The notes under the pieces: generated by a model
Seen by the model: only the letters and a program-made list of their open reading frames with translations
Databases searched by the model: none
Told to the model about the DNA's origin: nothing
Translations under genes and position numbers: made by a program
Part shown: positions 1 through 9,832 of the stretch, piece by piece
Position numbering within the stretch: position 1 is the stretch's first letter
Layout of the letters: the number at the start of each line of letters is the position of its first letter
Origin: Acidobacteriota bacterium
GTDB lineage: Bacteria; Acidobacteriota; UBA6911
NCBI GenBank assembly: GCA_963664705.1
Contig: OY761556.1
Coordinates: forward strand, 1,152,001-1,216,000
Direction: 5' to 3'
Length of the DNA stretch: 64,000 bases

Positions 1-22
1 TTACTTCGTCGATCTTAGCCAT
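1..22 (-). CDS. 5' end of a CDS running off the window, probably the corrinoid (B12-binding) protein of the methyltransferase system
   Basis: Reverse strand reads AGGTGA-7nt-ATG GCT AAG ATC GAC GAA GTA (MAKIDEV...). It lies downstream of the AcsE-like gene, and a corrinoid protein is the one core component otherwise missing. Only 7 codons are visible. Confidence 0.45.
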
Positions 23-190
23 ATTTTTTCACCTGAGTGCCATAATGCCCCGGCCTGGGGCCGGAGAAGTTTTATTCTTGTAAAAACCATTCCTCAACTT
101 GCTAATAAAAATCAGAAATGCCTGACCACTTTAACGAGTTATCTTTCTAACACGTCCGCTATGAATAAGTTAAGAAAAAAATAACTCGCA

Positions 191-231
191 CGGATTGTAA
201 ACCGAAATCATCGATTCCCGTTTACAATCCG
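191..231 (-). terminator. Stem-loop downstream of the AcsE-like gene
   Basis: Perfect 12-bp arms cggattgtaaac/gtttacaatccg; a T-run follows about 10 nt later on the minus strand. Confidence 0.55.
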
Positions 232-255
232 GACCAACGATACGAATTGCAGTTC

Positions 256-1059
256 CTATTTTTGTGTGCCGAAAATGCCTTTTCTGAAAGCATGAATGTA
301 CTCAATGCACATCTCGTCACGGGCGAGCAATGCATCGGTCGCATAAATCAATCCCCTCAAATCCCTGTTCAACGGGTCAAGGATCACGCTGTCCAGCCCT
401 GCATTCATTGCCAGAACAACAAATGCCTGGTTCACTATTTTTCTCGCCGGCAGGTTAAAGGAAATGTTGCTGGCAGCGCCCGTGATATGAATCGTGGGGT
501 ACTGCCGTCTGATTTCCTTCATGACCTCGACGATCATATTGATGCCATCTTCCGAAGTCGCCAGCATTTCCACCAGCGGATCGATGTGGAGTCTGGAGGG
601 GTCGATGCCGTATTCCTTCGCCTTTTTCATCAGCGCTTCAAATACCTGGAGGCGCTTTTCCGCCGATCTCGGAATTCCCGTATCATCGCACAGAAGCGCG
701 GCGCATTCCCATTTCGTCTTTGCGATTTTCGGGAAAACAACGTCAATTTTGGTCCCTTCCATCGACACTGAATTGACAAGTCCGGGCTTGTTGCAGAAAT
801 CGATGGCTATTGCGCAGGTGTCAGCGCTGGGGCTATCCACCGCAATAGGAGTTTCGGTAACCTCCTGGACAAGGTCTATCAACCACTTCAAGGTATCCAA
901 TTCCTTGGAAACCTCGACGGAAGCACAGACATCGATAAAGTCAGATCCCACTTCAGTCTGAACTTTAGCAAGATTCCTGATGAAATCCGCATCCTTTGCT
1001 TCGATTGCCTTGCCTACGGATGGGATCGATCCATTTATTTTTTCAGCAATAATAATCAT
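256..1059 (-). CDS. Methyltetrahydrofolate:corrinoid methyltransferase (AcsE-like / MT II, pterin-binding TIM barrel)
   Basis: MIIIAEKING start, DS, VNSVSME, HIDPLV, SNISFNLPAR and AGLDSVILDP motifs of the AcsE/MetH pterin-binding family. Confidence 0.9.
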   Translation of the reverse strand: MIIIAEKINGSIPSVGKAIEAKDADFIRNLAKVQTEVGSDFIDVCASVEVSKELDTLKWLIDLVQEVTETPIAVDSPSADTCAIAIDFCNKPGLVNSVSMEGTKIDVVFPKIAKTKWECAALLCDDTGIPRSAEKRLQVFEALMKKAKEYGIDPSRLHIDPLVEMLATSEDGINMIVEVMKEIRRQYPTIHITGAASNISFNLPARKIVNQAFVVLAMNAGLDSVILDPLNRDLRGLIYATDALLARDEMCIEYIHAFRKGIFGTQK

Positions 1060-1391
1060 CTTACATTGGCTCCGTTATTTTATCTGGTCCTGCTTGTTGA
1101 ATGCCGAATTTGTAACCAATATTTAATTGCAAATTCTACCGAAAACTCCAGTATCACAAATTTTCGATTCTATCCGGAATATCCGAACTAAGTCAAATAA
1201 TTGTCCTGAACTATGTAAATGGCCGGGGGTGTTGAAGCCGTTGGTAAAAGATGCTAGAAAGTCATGCTGGATTCGCTTTTGAGGCAAACCGGCCATCGTC
1301 GCGGGCGAATCGTGCTCAGACTGCAAGGCTTGGTGTTTGCCAGTGGATTCCGGCTTCAATCCAGGCTATCAATCGAGGCAATGGTAATATA

Positions 1392-3416
1392 TTGAACAAT
1401 ACAAAATATGGTGCTGATGATTCGAATGACTACATAAAGATCGGGTTGGGCGTGGATGCCGGTGGCACCTATACCGATGCCGTGATCTTTGATATTGAGA
1501 AAAATGTCACCCTAGGCAAAGCCAAATCCCTGACAACCCGTTGGGATTTTACCGTGGGCATCAGCAAGGCATTGGATCAGCTGAATCAGAAATTTCTGCC
1601 GAAAATCGAGCTTGTTTCCTTGTCCACCACGCTTGCAACTAATGCCATAGTGGAAAATGAAGGCCAGAAGGTCGGGCTGATATTAATGCCACCCTTTGGA
1701 CTGGATATCGCACAGAACATATCCTACCGTCCGAAATCCGTCATACAGGGGCAGCTGGATATTACGGGCAAGGAGATTATGCCCGTCAATCCGGATGAGA
1801 TAAGGTCCGTTGTCCGCCAGATGACTGATAACCAGGTGACCGCATTTGCCGTGTCGGGCTTTGCCGGCTCCATTAATCCTGAGCATGAATTGCAGGTAAA
1901 GCGAATTGTTCAGGAGGAAACGGGGCTCTTCGTATCTTGTGGCCATGAGCTATCCGATACCCTTAATTTTCAGACTAGGGCCGTGACTGCCATGCTGAAC
2001 GCCAGGATTATCCCCAGGCTGGCTAACCTGTTGTTAGATCTTGAAAAAGTCATGACAAGGTATGGAATTGCTTCGCCGGTTGTCGTGGTCAAAGGGGATG
2101 GCACGCTGATGAGTTCCGAAATGGCGAAGATCCGGCCCGTGGAAACCATCCTTTCGGGACCAGCTGCCAGCGTTGCCGGCGCCAGGCATTTAACGGGCAT
2201 CGATGATGCGCTGGTGGTGGATATGGGAGGAACTACCACAGATACGGCAGCGCTCTCGTCGGGGCTGGTCAGCCTCAACGAGGCAGGATCCAATGTCGGG
2301 GGACATCGAACTCACGTCAAAGCGCTTGATATCCGCACCATCGGTTTGGGAGGGGATAGCCTGATCCGGTATGAGCGGCTGCAATTCTCCATAGGGCCCA
2401 AACGCGTTGCGCCCATTGCCTGGCTTGGTCGAAACTGGTCCGGAGCCGAGGCCGCCCTGGAATACCTGGGGCTTCATCTCAAGCGTTATCGTGCCTCCAC
2501 GCGGAAAATGCAGATCCTGGTTAAAACGAGTGCGGTCAAATCAATGCAGCTTTTCCCCATGGAAGAAGAGATTCTCGGCCTGCTTGAACAAAGGCCCTAT
2601 TCCCTGGATGAGCTTCTGCATCTCACCGGGGCGATTGCCGAAGGCAGTCTGCATTTGCAGCGACTGGAAGAGAATTTCGTGATTCAGAGATGTGGCCTGA
2701 CGCTGACCGATCTGCTCCATATCAACGGCAGATTCGAGGCATGGGATACCGCTGCGGCCAGGAGATATGCTGAGTTTTATTCGTTCCTGTCCAATCAGCC
2801 CATGTCTGAGATGATCGATCATATCCTCGAGTTGGGCGTTAAGCGGTTATCGATGGAACTGCTGAAGCGTCGTCTGGATGATGATACGGTTCCAGACAAG
2901 ATGGATGACTGCCCGGTTTGCCGAACCCTGATCCATCACCTTTTGAATGAACAGCATTCCAGTTATGAAGTGGCGATCAACTTTAATCACCCTGTGATCG
3001 GAGTGGGCGCTCCGATCAAATTTTTTCTACCCCAGGCCGTCGCTCCTTTCAGGACAAAAGCGATCCTTCCGGAAAATGCCGATGTTGCCAATGCCATCGG
3101 TGCAATTACGAGCCATGTGTTTATCCAGAAACAGCTCTGGATAGTGCCCGGCGAAGCAGGCCGGTTTATCGTTGAAGGCATTTCGGGAGCACGTGAATTT
3201 GCCGGTATCGAGGATGCGGACCGGTTTGCCCGGGAGGAATTGACGGTGATGGTCCACAAAAAGGCGATTGAGGCTGGAACAAGCTGCAGAAGCATCCTGT
3301 TTGAAACAAAGGACAGCGTACCCCTGGCATCCACCGGGGAAGCCGTTTTCCTGAAACGCACAATCACCGCAAGCCTGAAGGGCCGCCCGGATCTGGTTGT
3401 AAAAAAAGCTCTTTGA
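1392..3416 (+). CDS. Hydantoinase A/oxoprolinase-family (ASKHA-fold) ATP-binding protein
   Basis: GVDAGGTYTDAV, STTLATNAIVE, NPEHE, GHELS, ETILSGPAAS, DMGGTTTD motifs. ORF is open from 1251; TTG at 1392 after GAGG is the likelier start. Confidence 0.85.
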   Translation: MNNTKYGADDSNDYIKIGLGVDAGGTYTDAVIFDIEKNVTLGKAKSLTTRWDFTVGISKALDQLNQKFLPKIELVSLSTTLATNAIVENEGQKVGLILMPPFGLDIAQNISYRPKSVIQGQLDITGKEIMPVNPDEIRSVVRQMTDNQVTAFAVSGFAGSINPEHELQVKRIVQEETGLFVSCGHELSDTLNFQTRAVTAMLNARIIPRLANLLLDLEKVMTRYGIASPVVVVKGDGTLMSSEMAKIRPVETILSGPAASVAGARHLTGIDDALVVDMGGTTTDTAALSSGLVSLNEAGSNVGGHRTHVKALDIRTIGLGGDSLIRYERLQFSIGPKRVAPIAWLGRNWSGAEAALEYLGLHLKRYRASTRKMQILVKTSAVKSMQLFPMEEEILGLLEQRPYSLDELLHLTGAIAEGSLHLQRLEENFVIQRCGLTLTDLLHINGRFEAWDTAAARRYAEFYSFLSNQPMSEMIDHILELGVKRLSMELLKRRLDDDTVPDKMDDCPVCRTLIHHLLNEQHSSYEVAINFNHPVIGVGAPIKFFLPQAVAPFRTKAILPENADVANAIGAITSHVFIQKQLWIVPGEAGRFIVEGISGAREFAGIEDADRFAREELTVMVHKKAIEAGTSCRSILFETKDSVPLASTGEAVFLKRTITASLKGRPDLVVKKAL

Positions 3417-3621
3417 GACTCGATGGATTTTGCCGGTTGACGGCAATTGTTAGCGTTTGAGTCCCAGGCATTCGCAGCGTTACCCTGATTTCTCTCGGTG
3501 GGAGTTTCGCCTCCATTTGCCAGAAGTTTGCCTTTCAAAATGCAGTCGCAGCCTATTATAATAATCAATTCGTCATGATTTTCGATATTCCTAATAATTG
3601 ATTGGATAAATTGGGAGGTTT

Positions 3622-4626
3622 TTGCTCATGAATTTAAAAGAAATGTTCATGTCCGCATTGAGGAATGATAAGCCCATCAAGTGGATGGGTTATGGTTTTG
3701 AAGCGTTTCCAAAGATCAAGTTCCACTGTGTAATGGATCCCATTTCGATTTGGGATATTCTCCAGTTCACGGGAGAAGCTGCGATAGATAATTGGGGTGG
3801 CACCATCCGCTTCCTGCCCGGCGATCCTGGCTGGATCCCGATCGTTAATGAGCAGAACAAGGTTATCAAGGACATCACGAAATGGCGCGACTATGTCAAA
3901 TTTCCTGAGATTCCGAACCTTGACTGGAGCGATGCCAAGAAAACAATTGAAGGAATCGACCGGGAAACACAGCTGGTGATGGTTCCCACCTTCCGCGGGC
4001 TGTTTGAGCGCGCCCATTGCCTGATGCCTTTTGAAGAAGTTCTGATCAGCTTGTATGAAGAGCCGGAATCGATGTATGAGTTCTTCGATGCCTATGCCGA
4101 CTGGAAACTCAAAGTCATCGAGCAACTCATTGACAACCTCCATCCGGATATTCTGCATACTCATGATGACTGGGGTTCCAAAACCGCTCTCTTCTTCTCG
4201 CCGGCCAAATTCCGCGAGTTGTTAAAGCCTCACTATGAACGTATTTACGGGTATGTTAAAAAGCGCGGAGTGCTGATTCAACACCATTCCGACTGCTTCT
4301 GCCAGGGAATTGAAAATGACATGGTTGATCTGGGCATTGATATGTGGCAGGGAGCTCTTCCTTCCAATGATATCGTTCAGATTCAGAAGAACATCCAGGG
4401 CAAAATGCTTCTTATGGGAGGCATTGAGCAGGGCGTAATCGACAGGGCCGATGCAACGGATGCCGAAATCCGCGCTGAAGTACGCAGAGCCATCGATGCC
4501 TATGCGCCCGGAGGCTCATTCCTGCCATGTATTGGAAGCCTTGAATGCATCAATGAATTCGTTACCCCGATCGTCATTGATGAATGCAACCGCTACGGAG
4601 CAGAGTGGCTGAAAAAGCAGCAATAA
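3622..4626 (+). CDS. UroD/MtaA-fold corrinoid methyltransferase (MT I-like), paralog 1
   Basis: GLFER, HTHDDWG, FFSP, HHSD, GIDMWQG, LMGGI, EVRRAID; GGAGG RBS. Confidence 0.85.
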   Translation: MLMNLKEMFMSALRNDKPIKWMGYGFEAFPKIKFHCVMDPISIWDILQFTGEAAIDNWGGTIRFLPGDPGWIPIVNEQNKVIKDITKWRDYVKFPEIPNLDWSDAKKTIEGIDRETQLVMVPTFRGLFERAHCLMPFEEVLISLYEEPESMYEFFDAYADWKLKVIEQLIDNLHPDILHTHDDWGSKTALFFSPAKFRELLKPHYERIYGYVKKRGVLIQHHSDCFCQGIENDMVDLGIDMWQGALPSNDIVQIQKNIQGKMLLMGGIEQGVIDRADATDAEIRAEVRRAIDAYAPGGSFLPCIGSLECINEFVTPIVIDECNRYGAEWLKKQQ

Positions 4627-4661
4627 CAGTTTATCGGTTTTGAAAAGCAAAGCCTCCCATT

Positions 4662-6512
4662 ATGTTCAATAAGGGAGGCTTTTGTATTGAAACCATACCG
4701 GGGGTAAAGGTTCCATTGTACAACGTCGAATTTATGCCGGTTGGAAGACGCGGTCGCTGTCCTGAAGGGAATTCACTCCTTGAATGTGCACGCCTGCTAA
4801 ACGTGGATCTCGTCAGCATCTGTGGCGGCGTTGGGGCCTGCCGCCGGTGCCGGGTGCAGATTATATCGGGCGCAGTGTCTCCCCCGACAGCATTGGACCT
4901 CGAAATCTTTACGGAAGCGGAACTTGGACAAGGCAGACGTCTTGCCTGCATGACGTTTCCGCAGGAGGATGTGCGCGTGCTGGTGCCGCCGGAGTCTCTG
5001 TCCGCGCCGCAGCGCACGCAGGTGGAGGGGATTGATCTGCAGGTCAAGCCGGATCCATTGGCTCGCGGTCTGATCGTCCCTTTGACCCCGCCTTCGCTCG
5101 AGGATCCCAAACCGGACGATTGGAACCTGTGGGGAGCGCTGGAACGCGATCACGGTGTGGCTCCGGGAACCATCGATCTTGCGGTCCAGCAGATTCTTTC
5201 TTCCCGTCTACGCACCCTGGACTGGAAGGCGAGCGTTGTCCTGCGGGAATCGGAAGTCATTGCGCTGGATGCACCTTCCACACGCTGGCTCGGTCTTGCG
5301 GTGGATATCGGCACAACCAAGATCGCCGTTTACCTGGTGGATATGAAGAGCGGCGAAATCGCGGTGTCCGCGGGATTGATGAATCCTCAAATTTCCTATG
5401 GAGAGGATGTCGTATCGCGCATCTATACCGCCGGCGAATCCCCGGCAAATGCGGTGAAGATGCAGTCGCTGCTTGTGGATGCCTTGAATAGCAGCGTTGC
5501 CTCGCTGTGCAAGGAAATCGGCGCCGACCCTTCACATATAACAGATGCGGTGATCGTCGGGAATACGGCGATTCATCATCTGTTCCTTGGGATTCCGGTG
5601 CAACAGCTGGGCCTGGTTCCGTACGTTCCTGCGGTCCGTTCCGCCGTTGATATCAAAGCCCGGGATATTGGCCTGAAAACGGCGCCGGGCGGTTATGTGC
5701 ATATGCTGCCCAATATTGCCGGGTATGTCGGTGCGGATCACGTGGCGATGCTTCTCGCGACTGAGCTGGATGAAAGGGAAGGGGTCACGCTCGCACTCGA
5801 TATCGGCACCAACACGGAAATCTGTCTGAACAGTCGCGGCAGAATGAAAAGCGTATCCTGTGCTTCCGGTCCGGCATTTGAAGGCGCGCATATCCAGTTC
5901 GGCATGAGGGCCGCAAAAGGCGCGATCGAGCGAGTGCGTTTGTCCGGGACGCAGCTGGAAATTCAGACCATTGGAGACGGTGCGCCGGTCGGCATCTGCG
6001 GCTCCGGGCTTCTTGATGGGATTGCCCAGATGTTGAACAATGGCGTGATCGATCCCTCCGGAAGGATGCTGGACCATCCGCTTGTGCGCAAGCGCAATGA
6101 TCGGAAGGAATTTGTCCTGGTAGAGCGTCCGGGAGAAGGGGATATCACGATATCCCAGAAGGACGTTCGGGAGCTCCAGGCTGCGAAGACCGCCATTCGT
6201 CTCGGAATCCAGGCCTTGCTCGAGGACGCGGGCATTGTGGAAGCAGATATCGATCGGGTGATTATCGCGGGAGCGTTCGGATCCTTCATCGACGTGCAGA
6301 GCGCCATGGCAGTCGGGATGCTGCCGCCGCTGCCCCTGGAACGGTTTCAGCAGGTAGGGAATGCCGCCGGGACCGGGGCAAGGCTGGCCCTGATTTCGCG
6401 GGATAAACGGCGCACTGCTTTGGCAATCGCCGCGAGGGACGGATACATCGAGCTGGCTTGCATCCCCGAGTTCAACGACAAATTCGCTGCCGCCAGCTCC
6501 ATGATCTGGTAG
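4662..6512 (+). CDS. RACo/DUF4445-type ATP-dependent reductive activator of corrinoid proteins (2Fe-2S + ASKHA)
   Basis: N-terminal CGGVGACRRC...RLAC ferredoxin; DIGTT, NPQISYGEDVVSRI, DIGTNTE, ASGPAFEG, GICGSG, AGAFG, GNAAG. True start may be slightly downstream. Confidence 0.92.
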   Translation: MFNKGGFCIETIPGVKVPLYNVEFMPVGRRGRCPEGNSLLECARLLNVDLVSICGGVGACRRCRVQIISGAVSPPTALDLEIFTEAELGQGRRLACMTFPQEDVRVLVPPESLSAPQRTQVEGIDLQVKPDPLARGLIVPLTPPSLEDPKPDDWNLWGALERDHGVAPGTIDLAVQQILSSRLRTLDWKASVVLRESEVIALDAPSTRWLGLAVDIGTTKIAVYLVDMKSGEIAVSAGLMNPQISYGEDVVSRIYTAGESPANAVKMQSLLVDALNSSVASLCKEIGADPSHITDAVIVGNTAIHHLFLGIPVQQLGLVPYVPAVRSAVDIKARDIGLKTAPGGYVHMLPNIAGYVGADHVAMLLATELDEREGVTLALDIGTNTEICLNSRGRMKSVSCASGPAFEGAHIQFGMRAAKGAIERVRLSGTQLEIQTIGDGAPVGICGSGLLDGIAQMLNNGVIDPSGRMLDHPLVRKRNDRKEFVLVERPGEGDITISQKDVRELQAAKTAIRLGIQALLEDAGIVEADIDRVIIAGAFGSFIDVQSAMAVGMLPPLPLERFQQVGNAAGTGARLALISRDKRRTALAIAARDGYIELACIPEFNDKFAAASSMIW

Positions 6513-6523
6513 GTGGTCGCGAG

Positions 6524-7606
6524 CTAACTTCCGTTTACTCGATCGGAGATTTCTTTCAGTCGGCTGAACTCGGCATCAACCGGGACATGATCCGCAATTC
6601 CAATGATTGTCCGGATGTCGGAGTCTGCAAATGCCTTTGCCTGTTCAATCGATTCCAACAGGACAGACAGGTCATGCATTGGCATGACATAGTCCTGCGG
6701 AATGCCGCCCCACAGCGTGATATCCGGTCCTGTCGCTTTTCTGGCTTCCTCAAGGGTCGAGTCGCTTTGCGGCGGTCCGGAAATGCCGGCCAGCCCGTCG
6801 ATGCCGGAGCCAGCCAGGAGCGGCAGGAGATGCTTGGAAATCCCGCCTATATGAACCAGCAGATGGTTGTCGCTCCGATGCAATGCATCGCAGGTCTTCC
6901 GGTAACTCGCCTCGAGGCGGTTTCTGAATACTCCAGGCGAGATGAACTGTCCGTCCAGATTATCCGGCGCCAGAAAAATGGCGCGTGAGAACCCGGAGGA
7001 TAGATTTTGAATCAGTTCATTTCTCCTTTCTTCCATTACTTCCAATAGTCCCACTAAGCGATCTTCCTCGGACATCATCAGCATTAATCCGTCACTCCAG
7101 CCCAGCATTGTATGGAGCATATCCGAGTATGGAGTCTTAGGAAGTTGGATAACGTCAATGATGCCGGGATTCGGTTCGACTTCAAGCGGGCTGGAGAGTT
7201 TGGGCCGGTACCGCATTGCTCCTATTATTTCCTCGGCGGCATCCAAATCATCTTCGTCTTTGACCGGGTACTCGGTTTGCCACCAGTCGCCATCGGGTCC
7301 CAGGGACCATATCTCAGTCAGGACCCGGGATTTGGTGTGATATCGGATGATACGTTGGGTTTCGGACTTTTCCCGGATTATGTCGATGCCGTCATGCTCA
7401 AGCTTCCAGGGTGTACGAACCACCCATGCCGGGCAGTTCAAAGCCAAGGCTATGTCAGCCAGGGAACCCTCTCGATGCGCTTCCGGTAATGTGCCTCGTT
7501 CCTTGTGCCATTCGAACCATAGACTCAAATCAGGCATAAACAACGGGTGGGTTGGGGCTTGCCCCTTGAATTGCGCCAAAAGAATTTCCTTAAAATTCAT
7601 CATCAT
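6524..7606 (-). CDS. UroD/MtaA-fold protein, divergent paralog 2
   Basis: EYPVK, PDNLDGQFISP, LVHIGG, ITLWGGIP; convergent with RACo. Confidence 0.75.
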   Translation of the reverse strand: MMMNFKEILLAQFKGQAPTHPLFMPDLSLWFEWHKERGTLPEAHREGSLADIALALNCPAWVVRTPWKLEHDGIDIIREKSETQRIIRYHTKSRVLTEIWSLGPDGDWWQTEYPVKDEDDLDAAEEIIGAMRYRPKLSSPLEVEPNPGIIDVIQLPKTPYSDMLHTMLGWSDGLMLMMSEEDRLVGLLEVMEERRNELIQNLSSGFSRAIFLAPDNLDGQFISPGVFRNRLEASYRKTCDALHRSDNHLLVHIGGISKHLLPLLAGSGIDGLAGISGPPQSDSTLEEARKATGPDITLWGGIPQDYVMPMHDLSVLLESIEQAKAFADSDIRTIIGIADHVPVDAEFSRLKEISDRVNGS

Positions 7607-7878
7607 TATTTCCTGCCCTGCTTTGAAGGTTTATGTGTGTCCGTTTAGCCGTTCAGGCACCATTTTGATGAACCTTAGAATACTAACAAACGAAGCCGTT
7701 GTTTTCGATCCGGATCTGCGTGATATGTACGGCTCCGTCTTCCCTGGAATATCCCTACCTGATTTCTGTTTTCGATCATAGCCTCAGCTTGACTATTGAC
7801 TGATATTATCTGAAGATCGTGTTTTTTAATGTTGCTTCTGAATATGAGGGTATCCTAGATACAGGCGGTTTCCGCCGA

Positions 7879-7897
7879 ATCGATGCAATGCATCGAT
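7879..7897. promoter_or_regulatory. Perfect palindrome in the divergent promoter region (operator or 5'UTR hairpin)
   Basis: ATCGATGCA-A-TGCATCGAT, about 20 nt upstream of the GAAGGAG RBS. Confidence 0.4.
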
Positions 7898-7930
7898 GGA
7901 TGTGCTGTAATTCAATGAAGGAGAATAGAT

Positions 7931-8920
7931 ATGCTCACAAAAAGACAAAATATGGTGGAAACCGTCAAGGGCGGGAAACCCGACCGCTTTGTTAAAGGCT
8001 ATGAAGCGCTTGCGCTGGTGATGACTCCTTATGGCATGAGCGCCGGCCGTCCCATCCAGGGTGGCCCCTCCATTGTAAACAAATGGGGTGTCACCATCAG
8101 TTTTCCGTCCAATGCCCCCGGACCGTTTCCCGTGCACGATGCGGAACACATCGTCATCAAGGACATCGAACACTGGCGGGATTACGTAAAGGTACCCGAT
8201 CCCGTTATGCCGGAAGAAGCATGGGCAGAAACGGTCAAACAGGTTGAAGCTATCGACCGCAAGGAATATTTCGTTGCGCCTTTCGTCGCCCCGGGCGTTT
8301 TCGAGCAGAGCCACTATCTCCTTGAAATTACCAATTGCCTGACCGCCTTCTACACAAACCCGGACGAGCTGCATGAGATCTACGAGATGATTACCGAGTT
8401 TGAGCTCCGGTACGCGGAGGATGTCTGCAAGTATGTCAAACCCGATGCCCTGTTCCATCATGACGACTGGGGCAGCCAGAAATCGTCCTTTATTTCGCCA
8501 GCGATGTTCGAAGAATTCATCCTGCCCGCCTACAAGCAGATCTACGGCTATTACAAATCCCACGGCGTTCAGTGCATCGTTCACCACTCCGATTCCTACG
8601 GCGAAAACCTAGTGCCGTACATGGTCGAAATGGGTATGGATGTCTGGCAAGGCGCCATGTCTACCAACAACATTCCGAAGATCATCAAGGAATATGGCGG
8701 AAAATTGACCATCATGGGCGGCATCGACAACGGGAAAGTGGATCGCGGGGACTGGACACGCGAGGCTGTTCGAGAGGAGACTTTCAAGGCATGCCGCGAA
8801 TACGGCACAAAGTATTACATCCCCTGCACCACGATGGGGGACCCTGCCAGCATTTTCCCTGGTGTCTATGACGCCGTCATGGAAGAGATCGACAACGCTT
8901 CCAAGGAAATGTTCAAATAG
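7931..8920 (+). CDS. UroD/MtaA-fold corrinoid methyltransferase (MT I-like), paralog 3
   Basis: MLTKRQN start, WGVT, GVFEQSH, HHDDWG, HHSD, GMDVWQG, IMGGID, YIPC; GAAGGAG RBS. Confidence 0.88.
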   Translation: MLTKRQNMVETVKGGKPDRFVKGYEALALVMTPYGMSAGRPIQGGPSIVNKWGVTISFPSNAPGPFPVHDAEHIVIKDIEHWRDYVKVPDPVMPEEAWAETVKQVEAIDRKEYFVAPFVAPGVFEQSHYLLEITNCLTAFYTNPDELHEIYEMITEFELRYAEDVCKYVKPDALFHHDDWGSQKSSFISPAMFEEFILPAYKQIYGYYKSHGVQCIVHHSDSYGENLVPYMVEMGMDVWQGAMSTNNIPKIIKEYGGKLTIMGGIDNGKVDRGDWTREAVREETFKACREYGTKYYIPCTTMGDPASIFPGVYDAVMEEIDNASKEMFK

Positions 8921-8938
8921 AAGCAGCGGAAGGCAGTG

Positions 8939-8979
8939 AAAAAAGGGCGAACCCCGAATATCAGGGTTCGCCCTTTTTT
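8939..8979. terminator. Bidirectional intrinsic terminator
   Basis: aaaaaagggcgaaccc...gggttcgccctttttt between convergent genes. Confidence 0.9.
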
Positions 8980-8990
8980 CTTCCCGGTGC

Positions 8991-9773
8991 TTAGACCCCG
9001 ATCAACTTCAGATCCAGGTCGAAATTTTCCTTGAGCAGCTCAGTGAATTCGGATTCACTCGCGATGGGCGAGGTTGAGACGCTATTCTCCTTCACCACCT
9101 TAAAATGGGTGTCGGTGAGCGTAATCCTCCCATCCTTCCTGGGCATGGTGCACATGCGCATTGTCAGGAAGAAAGAACCTGGGAATGTAGCGGTAAAATG
9201 GTTCGACATCAGAAAATCGTCAGGACTGCATTCATCCAGAGTGAAAGCGTATAGCGGATAAAATCCATCTTCGTTTTTTTTCTGCAGCACATACCCAAGC
9301 TTTGAATCCGCTACCAGGCGATAAGTATGGGCGAACTGCTTTTGTTCCGTGTTCTCCTCCAGTATCAGGGGAGCGATGAGGCCGTCATTGCCAAATCCCA
9401 CATCCGCCAGCCATCTGCTGCTTCCCGTTTCCACCAGTATTGCCTGATGAGTTTTGGTGGTGTAATGGATGCCGTCGACCGTCACCTTGGCCAGAAGATT
9501 GGTTACTTTGAATCCCATCTCCTGGAGGGCGCGGGAAAAGATGCCGTTCATCTCGAAACAGTATCCACCCCGCCTGTCTGCAACAATCTTCTTATATAAA
9601 GATGCTTCATCCAGCAGGATTGGTCTTTTGTAAAATACATCCAGGTTTTCAAAGGGTACGGTCAAGGTATGAGCAATGTGAATGTTCCTGAGAGTGTCTG
9701 CGCTGGCTTCCGTTCCGTCTTTGTAATTAATCCTCTCAAAATATGCGTCCAGGTTAAAAACGTCACTCTTCAT
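8991..9773 (-). CDS. Arylamine N-acetyltransferase family protein
   Basis: LDAYFERI, VPFENLD, RRGGYCFE (catalytic Cys), TH (His), ADVGFG (Asp). Confidence 0.93.
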   Translation of the reverse strand: MKSDVFNLDAYFERINYKDGTEASADTLRNIHIAHTLTVPFENLDVFYKRPILLDEASLYKKIVADRRGGYCFEMNGIFSRALQEMGFKVTNLLAKVTVDGIHYTTKTHQAILVETGSSRWLADVGFGNDGLIAPLILEENTEQKQFAHTYRLVADSKLGYVLQKKNEDGFYPLYAFTLDECSPDDFLMSNHFTATFPGSFFLTMRMCTMPRKDGRITLTDTHFKVVKENSVSTSPIASESEFTELLKENFDLDLKLIGV

Positions 9774-9832
9774 TAAAAAATAGCTCTCCTTTTGCTTCTA
9801 CCGCCTTCAAGGGATCTCGGTTTGTCCCATTT

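Noticed and set aside
23-255. Cobalamin riboswitch upstream of the probable corrinoid gene
   Set aside because: AAACGGGAA is present on the minus strand, but the GCCACTG and B12-box elements are not
1161-7777. Recurrent TTTTCGAT in island promoter regions (about 1161, 3579, 7702, 7769)
   Set aside because: Short and AT-rich, also seen outside the island, with no consistent spacing; significance cannot be shown by eye
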